The position numbers were made by a program, and so were the translations under genes. A stretch of DNA of 64,000 nt from Malacoraja senta (lineage: Eukaryota): the NCBI GenBank assembly GCA_038087875.1, contig JAXLNO010000674.1, forward strand, positions 62,001 to 126,000, written 5' to 3'. The notes under the pieces were generated by a model. That model saw only the letters and a list, made by a program, of their open reading frames with translations, made no database searches and had not been told where the DNA came from. How positions within the stretch are numbered: position 1 is the stretch's first letter; each line of letters begins with the position of its first letter. This document shows, in pieces, positions 11,251 through 22,449 of the stretch.

Positions 11251-12913
11251 GGAAGTCCGAGTTACCGTATGAGCGGCGAGGCTGGGCGTCATCGGTGGGC
11301 AGGTGAAGGTCGGCGGCAGCATCGACGTGGAGGTCGGTGAAGGCGGCGTCTTGGAGAGTACTGGAGGTACAACGTGGGTCGGTAGGTGAATGACTAACCT
11401 GCACACCAAGAAGAAGCTCGCGGTCTGAGCCCTCAACCATGATGATGCGTTTAAAGAAATTCTCAATGTCGTCAATGCATCGATCTACATTCCTCAGTGT
11501 AATTGTGTTTTGACCAAGTATTAATGACGTCGCGTTCCTTTGAATAAAATTCACAGGGCGTCATTGGTCAAAACACAAGTACATTTACTGAGGAATGTGG
11601 ATCCTTTAATTGATGACACATTTTCTACCTCGAGCTACCTACGTGTTAACTACTGGCTGTTAACGTGCTGGTAGTTAACACATCGTTTTTGTCTGACGGC
11701 CGGTGCAGTGGTTTTTATCCATGTTCGTTTATAATTTAAAAAAATCCAAGGCAAATGTAAAAAAAAAAAAAATTGTATTTAGCAACACCAATTCGTATTT
11801 CCGTACGAAATACGGAAAATTAGCGCGGGGCCCCCCATTTCCGCGAAGCCCAATTGGGAGCAATCGGTCCAATCGGCTTAAGGCCGGCCCTGAATACACC
11901 ACTAGCTTAGAGCTCAAAACGACACAAATGTGGTACACCATAAGTGGAAGATACAGAAAAGCACAAAGGGAATTCCACACATTCCCCATCGCAACTCAGG
12001 GATCAGTTTCACATTTGGCCAAACCAGCAGCCACCCAAACTATGCTACAGAATTAGCACCCCAAATGTCACAGGTTTGTAGGTTAATTGGATGTGTGTGT
12101 GTGTGTGTGTGTGTTCTAATGGACGGGGATTTTGGTCGGTGCGGAATCGGTGCGCTGAAGGGCCTGTTTCTGCTCTATATCTCTAAACTGAACTAAAACA
12201 AAATCCGGATGGAACCCTGTGAGGCAGCAGCTCCAGCACCTGTGCCACTGTGCCAGCCTGTGTACTGCACATGAAGGCAGGAAGAATGTGATGCAAATCT
12301 TCTCCGTTAGGGCAGAAAATTCTCCCACTCTGCCTCCACAATTTAATTCATCCTCATGTTAAATTTGAGGCAAAGGCAAGAATTCTTTTAACTATTTCCA
12401 GTAAAGTGCTGCACAATCACAATATTGTGTACCATTATAGTCATTTCCTCATCTCCCCTGCCCCACAAACAAGCATTGAAGGGTGTGAGAAGCCTCAAGC
12501 AGGAGATTGTCACACAAGATAAAATATGAAGGAGATTCCCTGCTCCATTCAGAAATGTTTTCAGTCTCAGTGCAGCCAGCAAACCAGACTATCACGCTTG
12601 TGGATGTGATGGAAGGGGATTACTGAATGTGTACTGCTGCACAAATGGATGCATGCTACAGAGAACTAGAGATCTATATCCATCCATCTTGGCCTTTCCC
12701 TGCCACAGGGCTTCACGTCTCCAGCCAATGAAGATCATGTCGCTAGTGTATGCGCAAAGCTCTCCCACATTAATAGAAATGACTTGAAGGCAACCAACAC
12801 GAGAATAACATTCCCCAGACCCAAAGGTGACAAGGACAGGACCAGCCCATCTGCCAGGTGCCCACAGCCCTTCACAAACCACCACTAAGGGACAGACTTT
12901 GGGGACAGTTGAG

Positions 12914-15868
12914 ACACACTGACCTCACGCCAGTGTTCTTCTCTGACCACTGCCTCCTTCAGGCTTCCTGTCACCTACAGGAGGACCAGAAGGCAGGCAG
13001 AGGGACGTGGAAGTTAAATATGAAGCTGTTGACCCCAGAGAACATTGAAGAACTACGCATGTTGGAAAACGGTGAAGCCCCTCTTTGACTCCCCAACACT
13101 CTGGTAGGAAGCAACCAAGGAGAACAGTAAGAGGTTCTTCATAGTTAAAGGGGTTCAGAGAGCAAGACAGAGTCAGAGGGAATTGTGCCAACTCCAGACA
13201 CATTTGCAACAACTGCGCCTTCTGCAGTCGAGAGGGGTGGATGTGAGGGAGGAACTTACAGAGGTGAAGGACCGGCAAGCTTGGCTCTTTACCTCTGAAT
13301 CCTCCAAGATCATCTTCTGATCCAGGGTCCGCCATGTGGAGCAGGATGAGACGTGCTCACGTTTCTTCCATAAGGTTCACAGGGGGAGCTCTGTGATGAA
13401 CAGCCTTAGGGAGGAGGACGGCTCGGTAGCATCCTCGCAGACGGACATGCTGAGGATCTGCAAATCCTTTTACACGGATTTGTATGACAAAAAGGCCACA
13501 GACAGCACCGCCTCCCAGAACTTCCTGTCCTCTATCACGGAGGTCTTAGAGGACAGCAAGCGGGAGAGTCTGGACCAACCACTGACCCGAGAGGAGCTGA
13601 CTGGCTCCATCCGTTCCTTTGACTCGAGTAAAACTCCCGGAAGCGATGGCTTACCAGCCGAGTTGTATTCGGCTCTGTGGGACTGGGTGGGCCCGGACCT
13701 GCTGGAAGTGTACAACACATGCTTCTAGCCGGCAGTATGTCAGACTCCATGAGGAAGGGCAGCATCACCCTAATCTACAAGCAGAAGGGGGAGATGAAGG
13801 ACATAAAGAATTGGAGACTCATCACATTGTTGAATGTAGATTACAAGATCCTGTCTAAGGCCATCGCCAACCGGGTCAAGTCTGCTCTGGGACAGGTGAT
13901 TCACCCGGACCAAACCTGTGCTGTACCTGGCAGGAAAATCTCAGACAGCCTCGCGCTGTTCAGAGATACCATCGCCTATGTGCAGGACAGACGGATGGAT
14001 GCCGTCCTAGTCAGCTTGGACCAGGAGAAGGCCTTCGACAGGATATCGCACACGTACATGAGGGACGTGCTCTCCAAAATGGGTTTTGGGGAGGGAATCC
14101 GAAATTGGATCAAACTGCTCTACACCAATATCCGTAGTGCAGTCCAAATCAATGGGTGGGAATCAGACAGTTTCCCTGTAAGTTCTGGAGTCAGGCAGGG
14201 TTTCCCTCTCTTTCCTGTCGTGTTTGTTTGCTGTATAGAACCTTTTACCGAGTCCATCAGGAAGGATGCGAGCATAAGAGGAGTGACATTGCCAGACTTG
14301 AAGGCAACCAACACGAGAATAACATTCCCCAGACCCATTCAAGTCAAAACCTCCCTGTACATGGACGATGTCGCTGTCTTCTGCTCGGATCCAGGGTCGG
14401 TCCGCAGATTGATCAGCATCTGCGACCAGTTTGAGTCGGCCATGGGAGCCAGGGTGAACCGCAGGAAGAGCGAGGCCATGCTCTTTGGCAACTGGCCCGA
14501 CCAATCTTCCGTCCCCTTTACCATCAAGCCTGACTTCTTGAAGGTGCTGTGGATCTGGTTCGGGGGGGCTGAGGCGTGTAACAAGAATTGGCTGGAGCGG
14601 ATAGCCAACGTGGGGAAGAAGCTGGAGCTGTGGAGGCAACGCACCCTCTCCATAACTGGAAAAAATGTGGACATCAGGTGTGAGGTGCTCTCGGGGCTGC
14701 CGTGCTTGGCGCAAGTGTGGCCTGTCCCTCCCTCCTACGCCACAGGGATCATCCGGGCTGTCTTCCAGTTCATCTGGGGGTCGAGGATAGACCGCGCGCG
14801 ACGGGCCACAATGTACAAGTCAACAGACAACGGGGGTAAAAGCGTGTCCAACGTTGCCCTCACCTTGATGGCCACCTTTGTGTGTGGCTGCATCAGGCGG
14901 AATGTAGAGCCAAGGCACGTGGGCACCAAGTCTCACTACCTGCTGAGGTTCTACCTGTCCCCGGTGTTGTGAAGGATGGGCCTGGCGCAGATGCCACACA
15001 GTCAGTCAGCTGGACATTGCCGCCCCATCTGTCGTTTGTGGAAAGGTTCTTCCGGACCAACACCTTTGACCACATGTCCATTGGGCAGTGGTCAGCACGG
15101 AACGTAATGCAGGCACTGCAGGGAAAGGACTCGATGGATCTGGTGGCGCGGTTCCCAGAGCAGACTGCCCAGCTTGTCTGGCAAAATGCCTCATCGCCAG
15201 AACTCACCAACAAGCACCAAGACCTGGCTTGGCTGGCGGTGAGGGGAGCCCTCCCAGTCAGATCCTTCCTGCACCGTCGGAACCTCACTGCCAGCGCACG
15301 CTGCCCTCGGGATGGCTGCTATGGAGAGGAGACGGTTGCCCACCTCTTCGCAGAGTGTGGATTTGCAAAAAGAGTCTGGAGGAGTATGCAGGGATCCCTG
15401 GCAGGCTTTATCCAGAACAGCTCCGTCACAGAGAACTCTGGTTTACGGACTGTTCCCAGGGACACATTCAGAGACGGACATCGAATGCTGCTGGAAGCTC
15501 ATCAACTCGGTGAGCGTTGTTCACCACCCAGCAGAGCGAGATGTCCATCAGGGAATGTTGCCGACTGGCCCACTGCAGACTGCAGGAGTATGTGCTGAGG
15601 GACGCACTGAAGCTCGGTGCAGCCAACGCCAAGGCTCGGTGGGGGAGGACCACAGTCTAGGGTCTTCCCGCTCCTCAAAATAAGGGAAGGTATCCCACGC
15701 CAGGGGGCCACATGAGTGGCACGGGTGGGGGACAGATTTGTGAGAAATGTATATAAACTGCATTGAACAATTTGTATAGACTCCGAAAATGTCGGATGAA
15801 TTTGTTGCACGGTTCATGTATTGTATATACATTTATTACCTGAATAAAGTCTATTTTGATATTTAAAA
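12914..15868 (+). mobile_element. Tx1-clade (L1 group) LINE, 5'-truncated ORF2, with 7-bp TSD
   Basis: End of the APE domain (SDHCLL), KTPGSDGLPAELY, RT ORF 13677-14972 (VSLDQEKAFDR, GVRQG, LYMDD), C-terminal CPRDGC..EETVAHLFAEC; AATAAA near 15843; AGTTGAG at 12907-12913 and 15869-15875. Confidence 0.92.
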
Positions 15869-16855
15869 AGTTGAGTACTGGTGTTGCCTCTGTATCCACC
15901 TCTGTCAAAGTGCCAATAGAAAGATTCAGCAAAGGCATGTGTTGAGGAGATGAGAGATACTCGATGAGGAGAGAGAAAGGCAAGCAGCGAACTGGTGAGG
16001 AATCGCCTGTACCTTCTGTGGGCCCCTTTGTGGTTTCGGGATTGGATTGAGCTATTTTCAATTTAGTTATTTGCTTTGGTGACGTGGTACTTAGAAGCCC
16101 TCAGAGTCTAGAGTAAACCACATGGGTGAGTTTGGAGACTCATTGAGAGTGGATCAGGTATGGACTGCAGATTCCCCCATTTTGCACCAATTCAGTTGTT
16201 TTCCAGCCACTGAGCCACCAAGACAAACATTTATTTTAATCAAACATTTTTGATTTATTCTAATGATTCATATTTCAATTCCCCAGCTCCAACAGAGAGA
16301 TTTGAACATGCTTCTGGGTCAGCATTCTGACTGATAATGCAACAAGTGTACATTATTCTACCAGACCACTGGGTGCATGAAAAGGATCACCTTCAAACCA
16401 AGTGATGTTAAATACCACAACCTCCTATCCTCACTGGATAGAATTAACCCATTCAGTGCCACCCCAGAGTATACTCGGGTCAGAGTATACAAGTGAAAAA
16501 AGAAAACAATTATTTGCAGTGAACAGGTTAAATCCTGGTCCAGACCAAAGGATTTCACATGGATGGGCATTTGCAGGGGCCTCTTCCCCAAATATTGATT
16601 CTTAGCTTTCCATTTTGGCATAAAGTTAATCCCCATTTATGAAGAGCGCAATAAAACACGTTCTACAAAGAAACACTTCTGCAATAATCAGTCTGCCATT
16701 ATCATGAAAAGTAATATACCTCCGACCCACGTTGTGTCTCTCTGTCTTTCGCTCTCCCTCTCTCGCGCGCTATCTCTCCCCCGTGCGCTCTCTCTCCCGT
16801 TCCCCACCACTCTAGCTCTCTCGGCATTCCCTGAATCATTGACGTTTTGCGGTAT

Positions 16856-16980
16856 ACAAAAATGCTGGAGAAACTTAGCGGGTGAGGCAGCATCTATGGA
16901 GCGAAGGAAATATGCAACATTTCGGGTCAAAACCCTTCTTCAGACCCGACTATTTCCTTCACTCCATGGATGCTGCCTCA
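16856..16980. mobile_element. Inverted pair of PLE terminal repeats (left part; continues at 24973-25044), hammerhead motif at 16916-16943 on minus strand
   Basis: gatgctgcctca at 16969-16980 resumes as tcacatccgctgagtttctccagc at 24973. Confidence 0.8.
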
Positions 16981-18062
16981 AGCCCTGTCCCACTGTGCGA
17001 GTTCACACAAGAGCTTAAGATCTCTGGTAGCATCTCTGTCCCATCTTCAAATTCCCACTTTGAAATCAAATACAGTTTTCGACTTAAACAATTTGCAGCA
17101 GGATCGCGATTAGTCAATTCCCACGCATTTTCAATCATCGTTCGATTCAGTGTAATTTTCACACCTAGTTGATAGTTTTTTTTTAAAGATACAGTACATT
17201 ACAATAAATAGTTTCAAGCATACCCGGTACTAAACGCACGAACATTAAGGTGGTTACTGATGTTACAAACAGTTATAAATGAATATAATTTCAAAGTGAA
17301 ATAGGAGATTTCCGTGGAAAGAATATTTAACCAGAATATGGCGAGGTCGCTGCAAAATGCTCACTTAAAACAATACGCCGTCAACTCAGGATTGTTTCTT
17401 ATCCCTCTGACAGGTGTTTCAATCTAACCTCGCAGCTCGCTGTTAATCGATTCATAGCTATTAATTTTCATTCCTGGTCCGTAAACGCTTCAAGTTACGC
17501 TTCTTGTGTGGTGGTAAGGGGTGGGGGGGGGAGGAATGCTAGGATAAAATACCATATATTAGTAAGATTAAACGAGAACTTACCAAGTTTGAAGTTTGAT
17601 CTTTATTTTATGAGGAGTAACGTTGAGGGATTACGTGAAGAAGCCCCGTCCAGCCGCACACGCGTCAATCTTTCAAAGCAGCGGAGTGACAATCACAGAC
17701 GATAATTACTGAAGTATGATAGTAAGATGCATAAAGACTTAGAACTACCAGCTTGATCTTTTTATGAGGGTGGGAGCGGAGGGCACGTAATCCCTCAACG
17801 TTACTCCTCATAAAATAAAGATCAAACTTCAAACTTGGTAAGTTCTCGTTTAATCTTACTATTTTACTTCGGAGTCACGTGAGTGACTACGTGAAGATTT
17901 CAAAGCTCTGTGATTTCACACCGTGGATTCAAATCCAGGTGTTCACTGCATCGATTGACTCTATTTGAGTAAGCACAATCAACAATGCATAACCACAACA
18001 TTTGAATGTAATCAGTTAATGGTTTTATTTTATTTTAATAAAAGTAACAAAATTAGGCCCAT

Positions 18063-19056
18063 TTATAATGGGGGATTTAATACTGTATCCAGCACGGCAT
18101 CACCAAACCCTCTGAGATCTTTAATCTCCTTGTGGTAATACTTGTGAAACATCTGTTCACTTGCCCATCCTGCGGCCGCGAGAATAAGGTCTATTGGCAC
18201 GTCTGAATCCCTGGCCGCTGATGTTGATGCCGCCCTGGTGGAATGAGATTTAAATTTATCAGTATCAATACCTGAATATCTCAAAACCTGTTTCAACCAT
18301 CGTGAAATTGTTTGTGTTGATACTTTCTTATGAGGCTTTTTATGACTAATAAAAAATGCCAATTCGGCGCCTCTTAAAACTTTTGTTGTTTCTATGTAAC
18401 ATTTCACATATGTTACTACACACAGTCGTGAATCTAGGATATGCTAAAAATTCCACCTTGCATCCTGTGGACCCAGGTCTACTTTGCTTCAGTAAATCAT
18501 AGACATAGAATGTCACGGCATTTTGCCCTATTTTCATTCTATCAATTCTGAGTTTCTGTAATGTTTGAACTCTCTGCGCTGAAACTAATGCCATGAGCAT
18601 AACCAATTTCATGGTAATTTTGGATAATGACAGGGTTTCAACTGGATTCCAACTCCTTAGGAACATCAGTACATCTTTTCCATTCCAAATTTCTGTATAC
18701 CTGGGTCTGGGAGGATTAGAGTTGAAAATTCCTTTCATAAACCTACAGACCCAAGGATGTGCTCCAATTGGAGTTTGTTCTGATTCACTGCTTAAATATG
18801 CAGAGAGTGCACTTCGTGCAGTATTAATTGCACTATAACTTAATTTCAATTCACAGTGTAGAGTTGAAAGAAACTCTATTACATCTGAAATTTCTACTGT
18901 GTTATATGCAATATTCTTTGCTGAACAAAACTCCTCCCATTTCTTTATATAGGAAATGTACTGCTTCTGGGTACTATTCCTCCAGGCTGCTGTCATAACA
19001 TCCACCGTACGGTCTGATAATCCTTTTCCAAGATATGGCCTTCTTAGAATCTGCAA
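18063..19056 (-). pseudogene. DIRS tyrosine recombinase, one frameshift near 18400
   Basis: YSAINTARSALS, KLVMLMALVSAQRVQTL, KSHSTRAASTS...ILAAAGW..EQMFHKYY (R..H-S-T-R..W..Y catalytic set). Confidence 0.95.
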
Positions 19057-20458
19057 ATCAACAAACCAATACGATTATGTAAAGGATGTGATTCATTAGT
19101 CACAGGGTGTACAAGCAGTTTAATCTGCTTTAGAATAACCATAAGGGTTTTTTTGATCATTTTTAACACCAATGGGTACCATACCTGTGTAGGCCAATCT
19201 GGTACTACTAAAATCCCTGAGGCTGAATCTTGTTTAATTTTCTGTATGCATTTGTGGATTAAACAAAATGGTGGAAAAGCATACAGAAACATACCACCCC
19301 AATGTAGCGAGAAAGCATCCACCGCTACTGCACCAGGATCAGGTTCCCATGACACATACTTAGGCAATTGGTGGTTTAGTCTTGATGCAAATAAATCAAT
19401 CTCTGGCATTCCAAATTGTGTTATAATTTGTGTAAATATTTCCCGATTTAACATCCATTCTGTATTATAATTAAATTTACGTGATCTTTTGTCTGCAATT
19501 GTGTTAAATTTTCCTGGTAAATATATTGCTGACAGCCAAATTTTCCTTGCAATACACCAGGTCCAAACTTCATTTGCCAATCTATCACATGATTCTGATT
19601 TGATACCCCCCATGTGATTTATGTATGCTACAGCTGTAGTATTGTCAACCTGTACCTGGACATGCACACTTCTCATATTAGTACAATAAGCTTTAAGACC
19701 ATGAAATGCTCCTAATAGCTCTAGGTAATTGATTCCCTGTTTTTCCAGCAAAGGTATTTCATTCACATTCCACCTACCTCCACAGCTGGAAATCATGTTA
19801 GTAGCACCCCAACCAAGAGCACTTGCATCAGTCTGTAGAGTGACGGATGTTATTTCTACCAGAACCTTTCTTGAAGCATCTGAAACTTTGTTAATCCACC
19901 ATTCTATTTCAGTAATGGATTCAGTTATTAATTTCATGGGCCGGTCAAAATGCCCTGTATTTATTTTTAAGGCTTGTACCTTAGCCCTCTGTAAACATTG
20001 ATAATCAAATGGTCCAAATGTTACAGCTGGAAACGCAGCAATCAATTTGCCCAGCAAGCTTGCCACTTCTCTAATTGAAGGTGTGTCCTCATTTATGAGT
20101 TTGATGCAACCTTCAATTAACTGCAGCCTTTTCTCTTTTGGCATCCCATGTGTTCTGAGTTGATTATGAACCCTAGATAATCAATCTTCTTGCTTGGTAA
20201 CAATTTTGATTTTTGTATGTGAATAATGAAACCCATTTTCTCAAAAATGAACTTAACCCTGGATACTGATAATTTTGCAGCAGCCAAAGTGTCCCCTACA
20301 ATCAAAATATCGTTCAAATAAGCCATTAGTACATGGCCCTCAGCTCTTAGAAGAGCTAAAATTGGTTTGAGTAATTTAGTGAATAATCTTGGTGCTGAAG
20401 ACAGACCATTGGGCAATGCTTTAAATTGCCACAACTGACTCATCCATCTAAATTTCAA
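19044..20458 (-). pseudogene. DIRS RT C-terminal part, RNase H and DAM-like methyltransferase domain (frameshifted)
   Basis: ALPNGLSSAPRLFTK, AYLNDILI (YLDD variant), LQTDASALGWG, NYLELL, VDNTTAVAYINHMGG, IDLFASRLN...YAFPPF. Confidence 0.95.
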
Positions 20459-22449
20459 ATACCTTTGATCACCCCACCATGCATTGCCACAGAGTAATAT
20501 GCATCTTTCAAATCTATGCTTGCCATGTAATAATTTTTAATAATCAGCTGAATGGCATTAGTAAATGTTTCCATTTTGAAATGTTTGTATTGTACATAAA
20601 GGTTAAGATTTGTCAGATCCAAAATGATTCTACATCCACCATCCTTTTTTGTTCTAGGAAAAATATTTGATACAAATTGATGGTGTTGTTCTACTGACTT
20701 TTCTATTACCCCTTTATTGGTCAAAATTTCTAATTCTCCTTTGATCAACGTATTCTCTTCTTTTGAGAAAATCCGTGACCAGCTTGAATTTTTCTGCCTT
20801 GGAGGATCCAAGTGTGAATAGAACTCAATTTTGAATCCTACAATGCTGTTTAGAATAAATGCATCATTTGTTATTAACTGCCATTCTTTTAGGAAGAATC
20901 TTAACCTTCCCCCTATTTGTGAATGTGAAACATTTATATTCCTTACCAGACCAGGACACCCTACCTCGGGGTTTGCCTCCGGCCATTGTTGTGCTCTTCT
21001 GGTAGGCACATTGTAACCTCCACGCATCCCCGGTGCAGCACGCCAACGTGTATATGAGAATGATCGGCTTGTTCCTTCTCCAGCACCAGCATTCCGCCTG
21101 TAGGGATACTGCCTTCGCACAGCTCTGCTCAGCATTGGTGGTCGCATTATCATACCACTCAGGTTTTTTGACTCTTCATTCAAATCCTTTAGTTTCTTTG
21201 ATAGATTTTCTCCAAACAGTAGATTAGACATTTGTATGTTGGTTGGTTTGCAGAGCCCTGCATACTTAGGATGAATATTTGGCCTTATTGCATTTTTACG
21301 AATACAATTTATTTCAAAATGAGCACCACACATCAGTGCTAAAGCATCTTGTTATGAATCTGATACAAAATCATCATCCAATCCTCTGGCAAATGCAATG
21401 ATGCCTGACCCCAGCAATTTCAGTACATGTTGCAATTTCAATTCTTGTGAGCGTAGTCCAATGCTCAAATAATTCCATATTAAGTTATTAACTGTTGGAA
21501 CTGTGAGCAATTCACAATTCACCGGGGGCTCATACTGTTTCATAGTTTGATCCATAGTTACTTCCTGGAGCTGATGGGAAAGTAAATAATTGATAGTCAT
21601 TGCTATTTCATCTCTCAAAGGTTCCCCTTTTATTCTGGGGACAGCAAACTTTTGTGCTAGTCCAGGAACTTTCAGCTCTGATACCGGGCTCTCATCCTCA
21701 TAGAATTCATCTTCTGAGTCTAGATGTTCCTCTTCAGGTTGAGTAACTTCAGGATCCCGTAGTTCAGGTAAATCTATGCCAGTATCTCCTTGCGTAAGCT
21801 CTGCTATAGGCCCACGGGTAGGCAGCCCTGTTCTAGGTGCTGCTGGCGCTGGCTCCATTCTAGGCCAACGCTTCATAATTTTCCCTTTAGGAACTTTCGG
21901 TGCTGGCACAAAAGTACGTTTGTACTGTCTTTTTTGAGACATTCCTGGTACTGGCTCTTCAGTAGGCCAGCACATATATTGCCTTTTTTCAGGCATTTCG
22001 GGCACTGGCTCTTCGGTAGGCCAACCACTGTAATAACGTTGCACAGTCATTTCTGATGGCTCTCCTGTAGGCCACCCTTGTGCCTGTCCCAACCAAGGCA
22101 CACCCTGTGCTGTATCTTCCATTGGCCAACACCGACCTGCTTCCTCCTGTGGGGGTTCTTTATATATCATTTTCCCCATTAGGAGCTCTAAGCTGGCGAC
22201 CCTTGCAGCCATAACATTTTCTGCAGGAGGGTATTCCTCCGGGTCTGACTCTTCTGAGTCTACAGGTCGGGCCGACTTTTGTCCAGCCTTGCGCCCCGCC
22301 GCCGGCGGTTTAACGGCACCTTCAACCGTAACGGGAGTAGATGGCTTCGATGCCACTGCCTCCTCTTCCTGACGCCCGCTACCCTTAACATCGGGGGTTT
22401 TACCTGCGGTGCGTCCCTGGCCTCTCCTTCCCCTACGCCCTTTCTCCAT
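20455..22449 (-). pseudogene. DIRS ORF1 (gag-like) continuing in frame into the RT N-terminus; one internal TAA at 21352-21354
   Basis: ORFs 21352-22449 and 20455-21333 share a frame; LFGENLSKKLKDL, then GGRLRFFLKEW and KKDGGCRIILDLTNLN. Confidence 0.85.

Larger units (their letters stand above)
7165..11460 (-). mobile_element. Near full-length Penelope-like element, frameshifted, interrupted at 8178-9010
   Basis: N-terminal region ORF 9761-10276 (IKPADKGGAVVV), RT ORF 8995-9951 (GRPIVS, DVQSLYTSIPH, YLRYIDD, LPFLDL), GIY-YIG about 7420-7760, terminal repeat 7165-7300. Confidence 0.9.
2980..11892. mobile_element. hAT-superfamily element with 8.9-kb interior, 14-bp TIRs and 8-bp TSD
   Basis: CAGGGCCGGCCTTA at 2980-2993 and its reverse complement at 11879-11892; identical AATACACC at 2972-2979 and 11893-11900. 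Confidence 0.8.

Noticed and set aside
21352-21354. Programmed stop-codon readthrough in DIRS ORF1
   Set aside because: The context TAA-CAA-GAT is not a recognised readthrough signal and the stop lies inside a conserved-looking region; more likely a CAA-to-TAA mutation.
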